Source: a virus
Length of the DNA stretch: 64,000 nt
IMG/VR virus record: IMGVR_UViG_3300045988_105168
Span: 1 to 64,000 of that record
Direction: 5' to 3' (one strand)
Shown here in pieces: positions 5,179-12,759 of the stretch. The notes beneath the pieces were generated by a model. That model made no database searches, was not told the DNA's origin, and saw only the letters and a program-made list of their open reading frames with translations. The stretch's first letter is position 1. Every line of letters starts with the position of its first letter. Made by a program: the position numbers and the translations under genes.

Positions 5179-7227
5179 ATGAAAGAAATGGAAAAAGAGG
5201 TTTTAAGATTATTTAAAGGTTTTTTAGGAGAAAAATCTAACGCAGTTAATGAAAAAGGATTAAAATATGGCTTATTAATTCCTTCAACTGCCAATGAGGC
5301 TGTTGTGGAAGAAGCAATTAAATTGTATGGTAAAGATGGTGAAAAGTGGAACCAAACATTTCATAAAGATTTTGAAATTGTCCGTAACGCACCTATCGAA
5401 GATTTAATCGCTCAACAATTAATACACTACATTACAACTTATGGTTTTGAGTCTTTAGGTATGTACGATGCTGATTTAGTATATATACCAAAAGAAAAAT
5501 TAGAAATACCAGAATTAAACGTTGATAACATTGAATTAATTAGTATTAAACCATTAACACCAACAGAATTAACTGATAAATTAATGACGTTATTAACAAG
5601 CGGTATTGCTTTGTCAGAACAATCAGTAAAAGATATTATGATTTTATCCGAATTTATTGATAAAAATAGATTTGATGAAATTAATAATAGAGAAATTAAA
5701 ACTGCATTGTATGATAAATATAATATTATGCCAAGAAATCCAGAAGAGTTTTTAAGATATTTATTATTTAAAACTACAAATAGTACTTTAAAAATACAAA
5801 ACGTTCCTACTATTAACAGTATTAAAAACTGCAACAAAAATTTAGCACTAAAAATGTTAAAGTCTTATGTAGAAAATACACCAAATGGTTATAATAAATT
5901 ATCTTCAATATTCCTAAGAAATAAAAATCTATTTCTTGCATTTAAAATAAAAAAAGACGAATGTGCAAATGAAAAAGAAACTATTAATCGCATTGAAATG
6001 AATGCCTTAATAAATAAATTAAGAAAAATGGCTGTTAAAAATCATAAGCCATTAAATAAAAATGTTTTAGATTGTTTGACTGACGAAACTGTGGATGTTG
6101 ATTTAGTAGAATTGCCAACTATGTTAGATAATGTTACTATTTTTAGAGAAATAAGAATATTAAATGGTATCTTATATAGATTAAATGGTAATGATAATAT
6201 AGTTTATAAAATTAGAAACGGTAGGTCTTATGTTAAAACACTAGAACCTAAAACAAAAGAATATATTATTAGATTAGAAGGTATAGCAGAAGTTGTTAAA
6301 AAACATCTTGTAAATAGATTATCTGCTAAAGTAAAAGGCAAAACAATATTTATTCCAAAAAACGTTACATACGCAGCGCCAACAACTGAAAAACAATTTA
6401 CTGGTAATATTCCAGATGGCTCTTATTTAGAAGTGCCAAGAGATTGTAATTTAGTATATGGTGTGTATTGGAAGAATATTGAAGGTGAAATGCCAAAGCA
6501 TAGATTTTACGGAGAAGAAAATTCTAATGGTCAAGAACGTGTTGATTTAGACTTAAAACAAATGAACAAGAGCGAAGTATTTGGTTGGGATGCCTCATAT
6601 AGAAGTGCTACATCTGATATATTGTTTAGTGGCGATATGACAGACGCGCAATTACCAAATGGCGCTTCAGAATTATTCTATGTTGGTCAAAATTATGGTC
6701 ACGGAGCATTTTTGATAACATTAAATATGTTTACAAATAATAGCAAAGATGTGCCATTTGAATTTGTTATTGCAAAAGCAACACATAGACCTCAAGACCG
6801 TACATATTATGCTTTAGACCCTAATAATATATTAGAGAAAGTTGATATGGAGATTAAAAATACCGACCGTCAAAAAGTCGTAGGATTTATTACTATCGGT
6901 GATAGCATTAGATTTTACTTTAATGATTTTAGTGCGGGAGGAGCTGTTGGTACACCAAGAGGATGTAGTACATCAGAGAGAAATGCAATTACAATGGGTG
7001 CGTTTGATTATTTACAAGCATATAGTAAAACACAATTAAAATTAAACGACTTGTTAGAGGATGCTGGTGCACTTGTAGTAGATAAACCAGTAATACACGT
7101 TCAAACAGAAATCCCTAGTGTTAATGGTGGTACAGAAACTACTCTTATTGCTAGAGATGTAGATATTAATTTATCTCCAAACTCTATATCAAAAGAAACA
7201 ATTATTGAATTATTAAGTGGAGAGTAA
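5179..7227 (+). CDS. large orphan protein: helical N-terminal half, beta-rich TerD-like C-terminal region
   Basis: 682-aa ORF. GGAG SD favours ATG 5188 as an alternative start. The C-terminal YGVYWKN...RVDLDLKQ...ILFSGDMTDAQLPNGASE pattern loosely resembles the TerD fold signature. No vWA MIDAS or catalytic motif recognised. Confidence 0.45.
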   Translation: MKEMEKEVLRLFKGFLGEKSNAVNEKGLKYGLLIPSTANEAVVEEAIKLYGKDGEKWNQTFHKDFEIVRNAPIEDLIAQQLIHYITTYGFESLGMYDADLVYIPKEKLEIPELNVDNIELISIKPLTPTELTDKLMTLLTSGIALSEQSVKDIMILSEFIDKNRFDEINNREIKTALYDKYNIMPRNPEEFLRYLLFKTTNSTLKIQNVPTINSIKNCNKNLALKMLKSYVENTPNGYNKLSSIFLRNKNLFLAFKIKKDECANEKETINRIEMNALINKLRKMAVKNHKPLNKNVLDCLTDETVDVDLVELPTMLDNVTIFREIRILNGILYRLNGNDNIVYKIRNGRSYVKTLEPKTKEYIIRLEGIAEVVKKHLVNRLSAKVKGKTIFIPKNVTYAAPTTEKQFTGNIPDGSYLEVPRDCNLVYGVYWKNIEGEMPKHRFYGEENSNGQERVDLDLKQMNKSEVFGWDASYRSATSDILFSGDMTDAQLPNGASELFYVGQNYGHGAFLITLNMFTNNSKDVPFEFVIAKATHRPQDRTYYALDPNNILEKVDMEIKNTDRQKVVGFITIGDSIRFYFNDFSAGGAVGTPRGCSTSERNAITMGAFDYLQAYSKTQLKLNDLLEDAGALVVDKPVIHVQTEIPSVNGGTETTLIARDVDINLSPNSISKETIIELLSGE

Positions 7228-7238
7228 TCTCCCTTCCT

Positions 7239-7315
7239 GCGCCATTAGCTCATTTGGTTAGAGCACTCGTCTGATACGCGAGAGGTACTAAGTTCGACTC
7301 TTAGATGGCGCACCA
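7239..7315 (+). tRNA. tRNA-Ile (anticodon GAT)
   Basis: Acceptor GCGCCAT/ATGGCGC, anticodon loop CT-GAT-AC, encoded CCA. Confidence 0.9.
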
Positions 7316-7452
7316 TAAAAAAGTGTTTCATTTCATTTTTTTAACCCCCTACTATACGGCATTATAAGAAACTTTGGATTAAGTACACATCCTTAAAGCC
7401 TTATATGTAAGTCCAAGCCTAAGAAACTTTAGAAGCCTTAGGTCTTAAATAT

Positions 7453-7528
7453 TGCCTGGTAGCCAAGCGGTAAGGCACGAGACTTTGACTCTCGCATTTC
7501 GCTAGTTCGAGTCTAGCCCAGGCAGCCA
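7453..7528 (+). tRNA. tRNA-Gln (anticodon TTG)
   Basis: Acceptor TGCCTGG/CCAGGCA (U1:A72 as in bacterial tRNA-Gln), anticodon loop CT-TTG-AC, encoded CCA. Confidence 0.85.
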
Positions 7529-7552
7529 TTTCGATTATAAGAGGTGTTTAGA

Positions 7553-8020
7553 ATGGACAAACCTATAATATTTTTAGATTTTGACGGTGTAGTTGAAACA
7601 ATTTATTGGGAAAAAGACATCGATGGTTCGTGGTCTTGGAATGTTCATAAGAGTGGACGTGAAGAACTTAATAATAAACAAGCTATAGGATGGCTTAATG
7701 AGTTATATTCTAAAACACCTTATGATATAGTTGTTTCTAGTACTTGGCGTATTGGTATGACTTTAGAACAATTACAAACACTTATTACAAAGTCAGGTTT
7801 TAACCCTGAAATAAAAGTAATAGGTATGACGCCAGTCTTATATCAACAACGAGGATTAGAAATACAAAAATGGATTGATGATAATAAATTTAAGAATAAG
7901 TTTATTATTATAGATGATGACTCTGATATGTGTCATTTATTACCATTATTAATTAGGTGCGATTGTCAATTAGGATTTACTATATATGACTATCAAAAAG
8001 CACTAAAAATGTTATCATAG
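7553..8020 (+). CDS. HAD-superfamily phosphatase-like protein
   Basis: IIFLDFDGVV (DxD nucleophile motif), VVSSTWR and IIIDDDSD motifs. Start ATG 7553 sits behind AAGAGG; the track gives GTG 7544. Confidence 0.6.
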   Translation: MDKPIIFLDFDGVVETIYWEKDIDGSWSWNVHKSGREELNNKQAIGWLNELYSKTPYDIVVSSTWRIGMTLEQLQTLITKSGFNPEIKVIGMTPVLYQQRGLEIQKWIDDNKFKNKFIIIDDDSDMCHLLPLLIRCDCQLGFTIYDYQKALKMLS

Positions 8021-8021
8021 C

Positions 8022-8455
8022 CTGCCAAAAGGTCGGGTAGAGGGCACCGCTAGAGCTTTGTGGAGAGGAAGGTCTCCCTGTAAAACAGGATGCAATAAGG
8101 AAGTGAACGACGCTGCATTAAATTGCAAACGAGGCTTGTTTAAATAGGTACTGGAAGGTGGTACGACAAGTAGTAAGGTGGTCGGGGCATCGTGCTAGAG
8201 GCTATGACATCATTATAATTTCACCAGAAAATACCGTTTTAGAGTAATAAGTGGTGAAAATCTGATATGTTGGAACGTCTGACAGTTCCATTATGGGTCA
8301 GGCAAAGTCCGACCGAGTAAGGTAGGTTTTCGGTTGGTTTCGAGGAAAAAGAATTATCTTTTGCGTGGTGGCTGATGTAAAGAGCAGTCGACGGCATTTA
8401 TGTCGGTGACCTAGTTTTCTGCGTCTCGCTCGAGAGAGGCGCGCTTATTTTTTTT
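8022..8455 (+). ncRNA. about 430-nt GC-rich structured ncRNA of unknown class
   Basis: No ORF in any frame in the track and clearly higher GC than the flanks. Many helices: GGAGA/TCTCC, CCTG/CAGG, TGCAAT/ATTGCA, TCACC/GGTGA, GGAAC/GTTCC, and long-range GGTCGG (8031)/CCGACC (8309). Ends in a hairpin plus T-run. Confidence 0.55.
8421..8455 (+). terminator. intrinsic terminator
   Basis: GC-rich imperfect hairpin GCGTCTC...GAGAGGCGCGC followed by TTATTTTTTTT. Confidence 0.55.
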
Positions 8456-8469
8456 GTTATTATAAAGGG

Positions 8470-8973
8470 GTGAATATTGTGAAATATAAGTTTGTATTTT
8501 GTCCAGGTCATCCTGGTGTTAATAGTAAAGGTTATATATACGAACACATTTTAGTAGCTGAAGAAATGTTAGGAAGATTTTTGAAGCCAGAAGAAGTGGT
8601 TCATCATATAGATGAAAACAAAAGCAATAATATACCAAATAATTTAATGGTTTTTGCTACTGATGCTGACCACACTAGATTTCATCGATTAGATAAATCA
8701 AATAGAATACTGTATTGTATTAATGATATATGGTACTGTGATATGAAACTATCAAGATGTCAACAATGTGGAAAAGAATATAAGCCAATCAAATACAGTA
8801 AGAAAAAACCTCAAAAATATTGTTCTAAAGAGTGTTCACAATATGCACAACGAAAAATAAAGAATAGACCACCAAAATCAGAGCTATACAGTTTACTTCA
8901 GACAAATAGCTATTGCTCTATTGGTAAAATGTTTGGTGTATCTGGCAACACTATAAAAAAATGGTTAAAATAA
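8470..8973 (+). CDS. HNH homing-type endonuclease
   Basis: VVHHIDENKSNNIPNNLMVF...DHTRFH HNH motif, CQQCG...CSKEC zinc ribbon, C-terminal HTH-like IGKMFGVSGNTIKKWL. Confidence 0.75.
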   Translation: MNIVKYKFVFCPGHPGVNSKGYIYEHILVAEEMLGRFLKPEEVVHHIDENKSNNIPNNLMVFATDADHTRFHRLDKSNRILYCINDIWYCDMKLSRCQQCGKEYKPIKYSKKKPQKYCSKECSQYAQRKIKNRPPKSELYSLLQTNSYCSIGKMFGVSGNTIKKWLK

Positions 8974-8985
8974 TTAACCGTTAAT

Positions 8986-9059
8986 GCACCTTTAGCCAAG
9001 TGGTAAGGCGTGGGACTGCAACTCCCTGAGCATAGGTTCAAATCCTATAAGGTGCTCCA
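8986..9059 (+). tRNA. tRNA-Cys (anticodon GCA)
   Basis: Acceptor GCACCTT/AAGGTGC, anticodon loop CT-GCA-AC, T-arm ATAGG-TTCAAAT-CCTAT, encoded CCA. Confidence 0.9.
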
Positions 9060-9065
9060 ATATAT

Positions 9066-9126
9066 GTCGACGAGTATAAATAGTCCTAGGCAACTAAGCG
9101 AGTGAGACTCTCGCCCGTCGGCTCCA
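9066..9126 (+). ncRNA. 61-nt tRNA-like mini-element ending in T-CCA
   Basis: GTCGACG/CGTCGGC gives a 7-bp acceptor-like helix plus TCCA. There is an internal arm GCGAG-TGAGACT-CTCGC and no D-arm. Preceded by TATATGT. Confidence 0.25.
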
Positions 9127-9129
9127 TTT

Positions 9130-9205
9130 ACGGGAATAACTCAATGGTTAGAGTTCACGGCTTATATCCGTGCGGTTGTGGGTTCAAGTCCTACTTCCCG
9201 TACCA
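9130..9205 (+). tRNA. tRNA-Ile (anticodon TAT, reads ATA)
   Basis: Acceptor ACGGGAA/TTCCCGT, anticodon loop CT-TAT-AT, T-loop TTCAAGT, encoded CCA. Confidence 0.8.
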
Positions 9206-9220
9206 AATTTGCACATATTA

Positions 9221-9272
9221 AAACACCTCGTATAAGGCCATTTTAAGCCCATTTCAGAGGTGTTTTTATTTT
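9221..9272. terminator. hairpin terminator at the convergent junction of the plus and minus blocks
   Basis: AAACACCTC (9221-9229)/GAGGTGTTT (9257-9265) stem followed by TTTTATTTT. Confidence 0.55.
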
Positions 9273-9327
9273 ACGATAAATTGTTCTAAAAGTGCAATTA
9301 CGGCTGTCATTTTTGAAGTTTGCATAG

Positions 9328-9786
9328 CTAGACGTGGCGTAATACCTTCTCTGTAACTTTATGTTGAAATTTACGTCCAGAGAGACCATTTTCGTGGCTA
9401 ATTCTTGTATTTACACCGCACTTAATTAGATTTTCTTTTACAACTTTATCTTTATGTTTGTTATTAATTTGTGACATATTATTAATATATTCATAATTTG
9501 ATAACCTTGTATTATGATATAACTCAAACATATCACGATATTCATTTTGAGACATATGATGACGATGAGCTATATGACTACCTAACTTACGTTGGGCTTC
9601 ACCGCATATATGACAAATTGCGTCACCATTGGGAGCGTAATGTACCACACCTTTTGGAGGTAGAGGGTAGCGTCCTTCAGGATGTCTTCTAAGATATGAA
9701 TAGCAAGTATTACAATACCTTCCTGTTGTTTTATTGACGCCACCACAGAATTGACATTCTCTAATTGGTTTGTTCATCATCGTCAT
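9328..9786 (-). CDS. zinc-finger protein, Ros/MucR-like C-terminal region
   Basis: CQFCG...CNTC zinc ribbon. CHICGEAQRKLGSHIAHRHHMSQNEYRDMF resembles the Ros/MucR finger. Confidence 0.45.
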   Translation of the reverse strand: MTMMNKPIRECQFCGGVNKTTGRYCNTCYSYLRRHPEGRYPLPPKGVVHYAPNGDAICHICGEAQRKLGSHIAHRHHMSQNEYRDMFELYHNTRLSNYEYINNMSQINNKHKDKVVKENLIKCGVNTRISHENGLSGRKFQHKVTEKVLRHV

Positions 9787-9925
9787 AATGTAAAAAATCC
9801 TTATATATTTCCACTAAATGAATAAAATCATCTATTACAAAGCCGTCATCAAATTCGTCTATATCGGGCTCTTCTTGTAATTTCTTTGCCAATTCTATTA
9901 ATTTATCTAACTCTTTTATTTTCAT
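9761..9925 (-). CDS. small acidic protein (54 aa, below the track cutoff)
   Basis: ATG 3 nt after the upstream stop. Translated by eye: MKIKELDKLIELAKKLQEEPDIDEFDDGFVIDDF... Confidence 0.35.
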   Translation of the reverse strand: MKIKELDKLIELAKKLQEEPDIDEFDDGFVIDDFIHLVEIYKDFLHYDDDEQTN

Positions 9926-9928
9926 TTA

Positions 9929-10285
9929 CTACCACCACATTGCACCATAGATTAATTTAAATATATCAAACACTTCGTCCTTAATTTTTTCTAGTCTTTC
10001 AGCATCAGTATATATTAAATCCCAATATTCATCAGTTAACATTTCATCAGTTAATTCAATAACTCTATCTATCAACTGTAATTGTGTATATTCTTTTCTT
10101 TTATATTTGAATTTATAATATTCTAAATCAACTATACCAATAGCCTCTTCTTTATATTTTTTAAATCTACTATTAACCCATTTAATAAATTCATAATCTA
10201 AGTTCCAAGTTTCGTCATCAGACCAACCCCTAATTCTTCTTTGGAACCAATATTTTATATCTCTTTTTATTGTTCTAATTGACAT
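9929..10285 (-). CDS. hypothetical protein (118 aa)
   Basis: ORF track; AGGAGGGG SD. Confidence 0.6.
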   Translation of the reverse strand: MSIRTIKRDIKYWFQRRIRGWSDDETWNLDYEFIKWVNSRFKKYKEEAIGIVDLEYYKFKYKRKEYTQLQLIDRVIELTDEMLTDEYWDLIYTDAERLEKIKDEVFDIFKLIYGAMWW

Positions 10286-10296
10286 AATGCCCCTCC

Positions 10297-10503
10297 TTAT
10301 TTATCGTAATATTCTTCAACTGTATGGTCTTTATGGTACACATTTACTCTTATCCAGCCATTGTTTTGTAGTGTCGATGTTTTTAAATATTCATCAGTAA
10401 TTTCTAATATAATATTTTCATTATTTTCATTTACAGATGTAAACATACCTTTTGGCGCTGTACCATTATAAAATTCATTTTTAAATTCTTCAAAACTTCT
10501 CAT
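10297..10503 (-). CDS. hypothetical protein (68 aa)
   Basis: ORF track; GAGGAGA SD. Confidence 0.55.
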   Translation of the reverse strand: MRSFEEFKNEFYNGTAPKGMFTSVNENNENIILEITDEYLKTSTLQNNGWIRVNVYHKDHTVEEYYDK

Positions 10504-10505
10504 TT

Positions 10506-10805
10506 TTATTCTCCTCTTAAAGCCGCAATTCTTGCTTCGATAACTTTGTCGTTACATTTATCGCAACATCTACCTTCGTCACTAATTGGATATGGATTGT
10601 TACCAAAATCTTTTAATTCTTCTCCACACATACAACACACTCCGTTTAATACCATATTGATAGATGTTTCAATATGTTTTACTATATTGTTAACTTCTTC
10701 GATAGCGTCTACATATTTTGCACCATTTGCTTTCTTATATTCGATATATTCAAGTATATCTTCATATAAACGTGTTTGTTCCTTACTTCTTTCCATTTCT
10801 TTCAC
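10506..10805 (-). CDS. hypothetical Cys-rich protein (99 aa)
   Basis: ORF track; CCMCG...CCDKC putative zinc site. Confidence 0.55.
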   Translation of the reverse strand: MKEMERSKEQTRLYEDILEYIEYKKANGAKYVDAIEEVNNIVKHIETSINMVLNGVCCMCGEELKDFGNNPYPISDEGRCCDKCNDKVIEARIAALRGE

Positions 10806-10860
10806 CTGCTTTCTAAATATATTTTATCATATCCACCATATGATGTCAATAGCAAAGCGT

Positions 10861-10887
10861 AAAAAAAAAGAGGATTATTCATCCTCT
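10861..10887 (-). terminator. intrinsic terminator
   Basis: On the minus strand, GAGGAT-GAATA-ATCCTC followed by T9. Confidence 0.6.
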
Positions 10888-10985
10888 TCATAATTTGAAT
10901 GTTTATCTGCTCGTTTAGATACTACACAGCAAGCATAAATAAACACTAATAAAACCAAAACCCCAAAGGTTGCTATTATTTTCAT
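10875..10985 (-). CDS. small membrane protein (36 aa)
   Basis: GGAGGG SD plus ATG. Hydrophobic MKIIATFGVLVLLVFIYACCVV... Confidence 0.35.
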   Translation of the reverse strand: MKIIATFGVLVLLVFIYACCVVSKRADKHSNYEEDE

Positions 10986-11006
10986 AGAACCCTCCTTTGG
11001 TTGTTT

Positions 11007-11351
11007 TTATTTAGATAAAACTCTAACTAAATCTGCTTTTTTTAAATTGTAATAACCTTTGATTTTACGTTCCTTAGCAATACTTTTTAATTCACCAATA
11101 GTCATTGCTTTATAATCTGGTTTTACAACTTCTTCTTCAACAGGTTGTTCTTCTTTTTTAGCCTCAGCTTTTTCTTTAGCTGCCACTTTTAATTCTTCGA
11201 TAATATCTACTACCATTTTATCGAATTTTTTAGCTGCTCTATGAGCTTGAATACTCATTATAAACGCATCTAATAAATGTACGAATAACATTGCCGATAC
11301 TAATATCATTACTACTAACAATGTATTTGTGAAGAATTGTTCCGCTGCCAT
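11007..11351 (-). CDS. membrane-anchored protein with a Rho_N/SAP-like C-terminal motif
   Basis: N-terminal TM helix; C-terminal MTIGELKSIAKERKIKGYYNLKKADLVRVL. Confidence 0.5.
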   Translation of the reverse strand: MAAEQFFTNTLLVVMILVSAMLFVHLLDAFIMSIQAHRAAKKFDKMVVDIIEELKVAAKEKAEAKKEEQPVEEEVVKPDYKAMTIGELKSIAKERKIKGYYNLKKADLVRVLSK

Positions 11352-11416
11352 ACCCTTACCTCCTTCTTTGACTTGAGTTAATCAAATTATACCAAAGGAA
11401 AAGGGAAAAGTCAATA

Positions 11417-11905
11417 CTATTTCCCAGTACTTCCTAATCCTCCAGCACGTTCTGTTTCAATTTCCTCTTCGTCATCAACAGTTAAATATTTAGTAAAGAT
11501 ACCTTGAGCAATTTTATCTCCAACATTAATAGTATAACTATTATCTGTTGGATTGTAGAATTTAATAAAGATATGTCCTTCGTTATCAGCATTATTATAA
11601 TAATCACTATCAACAATACCAACAGTATTTGATAAACGAATTCCTGTCTTAAATCCAATACTGCTTCTAGGATAGATAGATAATATTTCATCTTCATTCA
11701 TAGCGGCTTTTACGCCAGTAGGTATTTTTACCATTCCGTGAGCAGGAATAGTAGCGCCTATTGGGCTAATAAAGTCATAACCAGCACTATGCTTTGTGCC
11801 TCTACGTGGTTTTAAAGCTTCCTCTCTTGTGCATTGTTCGTTATAACATTCTTCTATAATATCCTTATTCCATTGAGTTTCGCTAATAATTTCAAATTTA
11901 CGCAT
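11417..11905 (-). CDS. dut: dUTPase
   Basis: Motifs AGYDF, PRSS, GIVDSDY, C-terminal GGLGSTGK. Confidence 0.85.
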   Translation of the reverse strand: MRKFEIISETQWNKDIIEECYNEQCTREEALKPRRGTKHSAGYDFISPIGATIPAHGMVKIPTGVKAAMNEDEILSIYPRSSIGFKTGIRLSNTVGIVDSDYYNNADNEGHIFIKFYNPTDNSYTINVGDKIAQGIFTKYLTVDDEEEIETERAGGLGSTGK

Positions 11906-12254
11906 TATCTTCTTCCTCCTTTTCCATTTCTGGTATTACACATCCTAAAATCCAATCTAATGTTCTTAATGAATAATCACATTCTGTTTGCATTTTTTCA
12001 ATATGTCTTACTGACTGTTTTACAGAGTCTACTAAATTTATATTAGGTACATCTACACTATTCAACATTTCTTTAATATTAGATACTACCTTATCAAATT
12101 CTGTATAGTCTTTAATAACTTCACCCTGTTCGTTTTTACAAACATTTACTAAAGACGCAATTACATCTGTTAATAATAATGTGCATAATTGGTCATCTAA
12201 ACCTCTTCTAATTTCCATAAACTTATCAAATTCTTCTTTTACCATTGTTCTCAT
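11898..12254 (-). CDS. hypothetical protein (118 aa)
   Basis: ORF track. Confidence 0.55.
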   Translation of the reverse strand: MRTMVKEEFDKFMEIRRGLDDQLCTLLLTDVIASLVNVCKNEQGEVIKDYTEFDKVVSNIKEMLNSVDVPNINLVDSVKQSVRHIEKMQTECDYSLRTLDWILGCVIPEMEKEEEDNA

Positions 12255-12258
12255 AATA

Positions 12259-12759
12259 TCAATCCTTTCTTACTACCTCGCCTCTTTTTAGGCTTTCTTG
12301 TATGTCAATTATTCTTTGATTAGTGCTCCCTTTAAATTTTAAACCTCGCACCTTTTTATCCATTTCAAACTTACCATCAACAAGAACATCACATTCCTTC
12401 AAAAGACCCATAAAGATTTCATTTTTTGTCAGGTCTTCAAACAAATAACCACTATATATCCATATATTTGGGTTCTTCTTTATCTTCTTATATTCCTGTA
12501 TTAGTTCTGTTAATTGTTTTGCTTGTATAAATGGCTCGCCACCACTCAAAGTTAAATGGCAACGTGTATTTAAATCTTGCAAAATATCATCAACTGATTT
12601 TTCTTTTCCGTTGTTAATATTCCAAGTTTCAAAGTTATGACAACCGTAGCAGTGATGAGGGCATCCTGCCGTAAATATTACATCACGGATACCTTCACCA
12701 TCTACAACGCTATTATGGGCTATCCCCATAATTCTAATATTTGTCATTTCCATCACCAA
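12259..12759 (-). CDS. nrdG: anaerobic ribonucleotide reductase activating protein
   Basis: GCPHHCYGCHN radical-SAM motif; immediately downstream of nrdD; the exact start is uncertain. Confidence 0.85.
   Translation of the reverse strand: MVMEMTNIRIMGIAHNSVVDGEGIRDVIFTAGCPHHCYGCHNFETWNINNGKEKSVDDILQDLNTRCHLTLSGGEPFIQAKQLTELIQEYKKIKKNPNIWIYSGYLFEDLTKNEIFMGLLKECDVLVDGKFEMDKKVRGLKFKGSTNQRIIDIQESLKRGEVVRKD

Noticed and set aside
5439-5837. 132-aa minus-strand ORF, plus similar antisense or alternative-frame ORFs (2861..3133, 9498..9692, 10546..10893, 44314..44986, 46275..47876, 60401..60807 and others)
   Set aside because: All are fully nested in longer, motif-supported genes on the other strand or in another frame. 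They have low-complexity translations and no SD.
5179-7227. Ro60/Rsr (TROVE plus vWA) as the protein partner of the tRNA-mimic RNA
   Set aside because: There is no DxSxS MIDAS motif or recognisable TROVE sequence, and the C-terminal half looks beta-rich and TerD-like. The analogy to Y RNA RNPs is kept only as a concept.
8296-8312. RNase P RNA: the AAAGTCCG and GGTGAAAA strings in the 430-nt ncRNA resemble RNase P conserved regions
   Set aside because: The motifs occur in the wrong order and without the P4 partner sequences, so this is not RNase P by eye. It needs cmsearch to be certain.
8022-8973. HEARO/omega-RNA with IscB, or a group I intron carrying the HNH ORF
   Set aside because: The HNH protein is only 167 aa with no RuvC segments, so it is not IscB. 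A terminator separates the RNA from the ORF. Only 12 nt follow the ORF before tRNA-Cys, leaving no room for 3' intron elements or flanking exons.
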